NCBI GenBank assembly: GCA_964371255.1
Contig: CAYJKV010000003.1
Location: forward strand, 86,901 to 150,900
Length of the DNA: 64,000 nucleotides
Origin: an uncultured Candidatus Saccharibacteria bacterium
GTDB lineage: Bacteria; Patescibacteriota; Andersenbacteria; UBA10190
Reading direction: 5' to 3'
Shown one piece after another: positions 62,007 through 64,000 of this stretch (position 1 is the first letter of the stretch; every line of letters begins with the position of its first letter). Under the pieces are notes generated by a model. It was not told where the DNA came from, did not search any database, and saw only the letters and a list, made by a program, of their open reading frames with translations. A program made the translations under genes and the position numbers.

Positions 62007-62074
62007 TTATTATTTCGCCAAAATAAGCGCGCTCCGCGTAGCGGAGCCGCGCATTTTGAGCGAAAGAATAACCC
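62007..62074. repeat. imperfect palindrome, family C copy 2
   Basis: TTATTATTTCGCCAAAAT...ATTTTGAGCGAAAGAATAACCC. Confidence 0.55.
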
Positions 62075-62539
62075 TGCCTACCGGCACAGGCAGGCCCGTA
62101 ACAACATTGCCGTCCCTATTTAATTAGTGCTTTTCTTTAGTCAAAAACCATATTTAATTCTAGCGCCAGGCTTGCCTACCGGCAGGCAGGCGCGGGCTGA
62201 ATAAGCCCACCCCTTTGTGGGCGCAGCCTGGCGCCGTAATGAGCCTCGCAATGTTCGTTACTGGGGTAGGTCCATCGCCAAAAAGACTTGCTCCGCGAAG
62301 CGCAGTCGCATTTAGTGCCAAATCATCACCCTGCCGGAGCCCTCAGTTTGTCGCTTTTCGACTTGGCCCCAAGTAACTCTGCGCTTATCGAAGAGTTGAA
62401 GGGCGCAGTAGGGAATAGTTGTAATATTGAAACGTGTCGCCTTCGGCGTCCTTTTGCGTTCTGACTAAATCAATAATCCGCCTCTAGCGGACTGCCTGCT
62501 TCGAACGAAGCGCACTCTTTGGTTCTTGGCGTATTTCAC

Positions 62540-63166
62540 TCAGTATTGTCTCATCACCGCTCTGACAATCCCTTGTATCACCGGATTCTTTGAATAAAGC
62601 GGCTTCATTTTTTTATTGGCGGGCTGTAATCGAATTCTGGTCTTTTCCCGATAATATCGTTTCAGTGTCGCGTTCTCGTTATCCAGCAGCGCCACCACCA
62701 CATCGCCGTTCTGCGGATAAAAGTTTCTTTCAACTACAACATAATCCCCATCCAAAATACCATCCTCAATCATCGAATCGCCTTTTACTTTCAAGGCGTA
62801 ACAATTCAAGTGCGGTAATAACTCCATTGGCACTGCTAGCGCTTCCTTTTCTGCGATGGCTTCAATCGGTTGTCCCGCGGCAATTACTCCAACCAGCGGT
62901 AGCTCCACGCTCTTAGCGAATAATCTGGCTTTATCCGTCAACTCCACGGATCGCATCTGCCCGGCTCGCAAACTAATGTAACCCTTATGACGTAAAGCCT
63001 GCACATGATTATAAGCCGTGGCCGGGGACTTGATTCCCATATCTCGCATCACATCCCGATAGCTTGGGGCATAATTGTGCTTGGCTAGAAACTCTCGAAT
63101 CACCTCAAGCGCCTCGCTCTGTTTTTTGGTCAAATCGTTCTGAACCTTTTCTAAGTCCGCTTTCAT
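62540..63166 (-). CDS. lexA: SOS repressor LexA
   Basis: LTKKQ, APSYRD, AAG cleavage site, GDSM, ATLKR. Confidence 0.95.
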   Translation of the reverse strand: MKADLEKVQNDLTKKQSEALEVIREFLAKHNYAPSYRDVMRDMGIKSPATAYNHVQALRHKGYISLRAGQMRSVELTDKARLFAKSVELPLVGVIAAGQPIEAIAEKEALAVPMELLPHLNCYALKVKGDSMIEDGILDGDYVVVERNFYPQNGDVVVALLDNENATLKRYYREKTRIRLQPANKKMKPLYSKNPVIQGIVRAVMRQY

Positions 63167-63278
63167 ATACGAACATAAGTATAACAAACAAAATAATAAA
63201 TACTAGACAGTTTTCCACTGCCCGTCTTGTTCATATTCATCGCCTTAACCCCGAATAAATTATGCTATCATTCAATGG

Positions 63279-64000
63279 ATGCCAATATCCATTTGTCCAA
63301 ACTATTTTCGTCTTTACTCAATTTTATCGGTCTTACTGATCGCCTTGATCCTCTGGCCGACCGGCTTGCCTGTCAGCGCCCAAGAGAATGATGTGCAGTC
63401 TTCACCCTCTCCTTCACCGTCACCGGCCGCCAACGACACCGCCTCCTCGGCTTTAGTCAAACTTCAGGAGAATCAGGCGCGCCTCCAGGCGAAACAGGCA
63501 GAACTGTCGAATTTGGATAAAAAAATCAAAGAATTATCCAATAAGCAATCCACCGCCTCAACCGAAGCAGAATTAGCGGCTGATCAGCTCGCGTTTATTA
63601 GCCAAGAATTACAGGCGGCGCAATTACAGTACGATCAGACGCTCCTTAGTATTACCGTGCTGAACCGGGACATATCTGAATCTGAGCAGGAAATTGATCG
63701 TCTGGAAGCAGCTACTGTTGATACCCGCCAAAAACTGCGTGACTCATTGCGCGCTTTATATCAGCATGACCAAACCTCCTTATTAGATGTGATCTTGGGC
63801 TCTACTAATCTAAGCGGTTTGATGACAGAGCGCCGTGCGTATCAGACCATTCAGCAGCGCGCTCTCCAATATGTGGTCGAGTTGCAACAACGGCAGCAAG
63901 CAGTCACCGAACACATCGCAGATCTGGAACAGCAACAGTTACAGATGCAGCAATTAAAAGAATTGCAAGCATATCAGCAGTCAGACCTTAACGAACAACA
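63279..64000 (+). CDS. secreted coiled-coil protein, CwlO/EnvC-like N-terminus (partial)
   Basis: Signal peptide, long coiled coil, LRALYQ..SLLDVILGS; runs off the window. Confidence 0.7.
   Translation, partial: MPISICPNYFRLYSILSVLLIALILWPTGLPVSAQENDVQSSPSPSPSPAANDTASSALVKLQENQARLQAKQAELSNLDKKIKELSNKQSTASTEAELAADQLAFISQELQAAQLQYDQTLLSITVLNRDISESEQEIDRLEAATVDTRQKLRDSLRALYQHDQTSLLDVILGSTNLSGLMTERRAYQTIQQRALQYVVELQQRQQAVTEHIADLEQQQLQMQQLKELQAYQQSDLNEQ

Overview
Bacterial chromosome segment that looks like Patescibacteria/CPR. This is an inference from the short EF-Ts, membrane-anchored Clp-like ATPase, sortases, near-leaderless core genes and CPR-style micro-palindromes. The standard code is used (TGA acts as stop). 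Core genes: rplY, prmC-prfA-rpmE, rpsB-tsf, a complete F1Fo atp operon, rpmG, murB, mltG, rplJ-rplL, mraZ-rsmH-ftsL-PBP-murF-like, sod, rmuC, lexA, and six tRNAs. An accessory stretch (~14.6-33.6 kb) holds purM/purL/purN, a stand-alone YcaO, many single-gene units with their own promoter/SD/terminator, and several MITE/REP-like palindrome families. Main observations: (1) tRNA-Glu is followed by a tandem array of ~195-bp structured units, each ending in a regenerated 18-nt tRNA 3' end, with related structures at tRNA-Trp and a 5'-end duplication at tRNA-Thr; (2) a probable remote DGR target gene with a strongly adenine-depleted 3' end and no RT or template in the window; (3) an archaeal-type TyrRS next to a C1-G72/A73, short-variable-loop tRNA-Tyr; (4) a Bd0055-like bacterial histone; (5) 20-22-nt palindromes that appear as insertions in other repeats and in a coding region. 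All calls were made by eye; no database searches were run.
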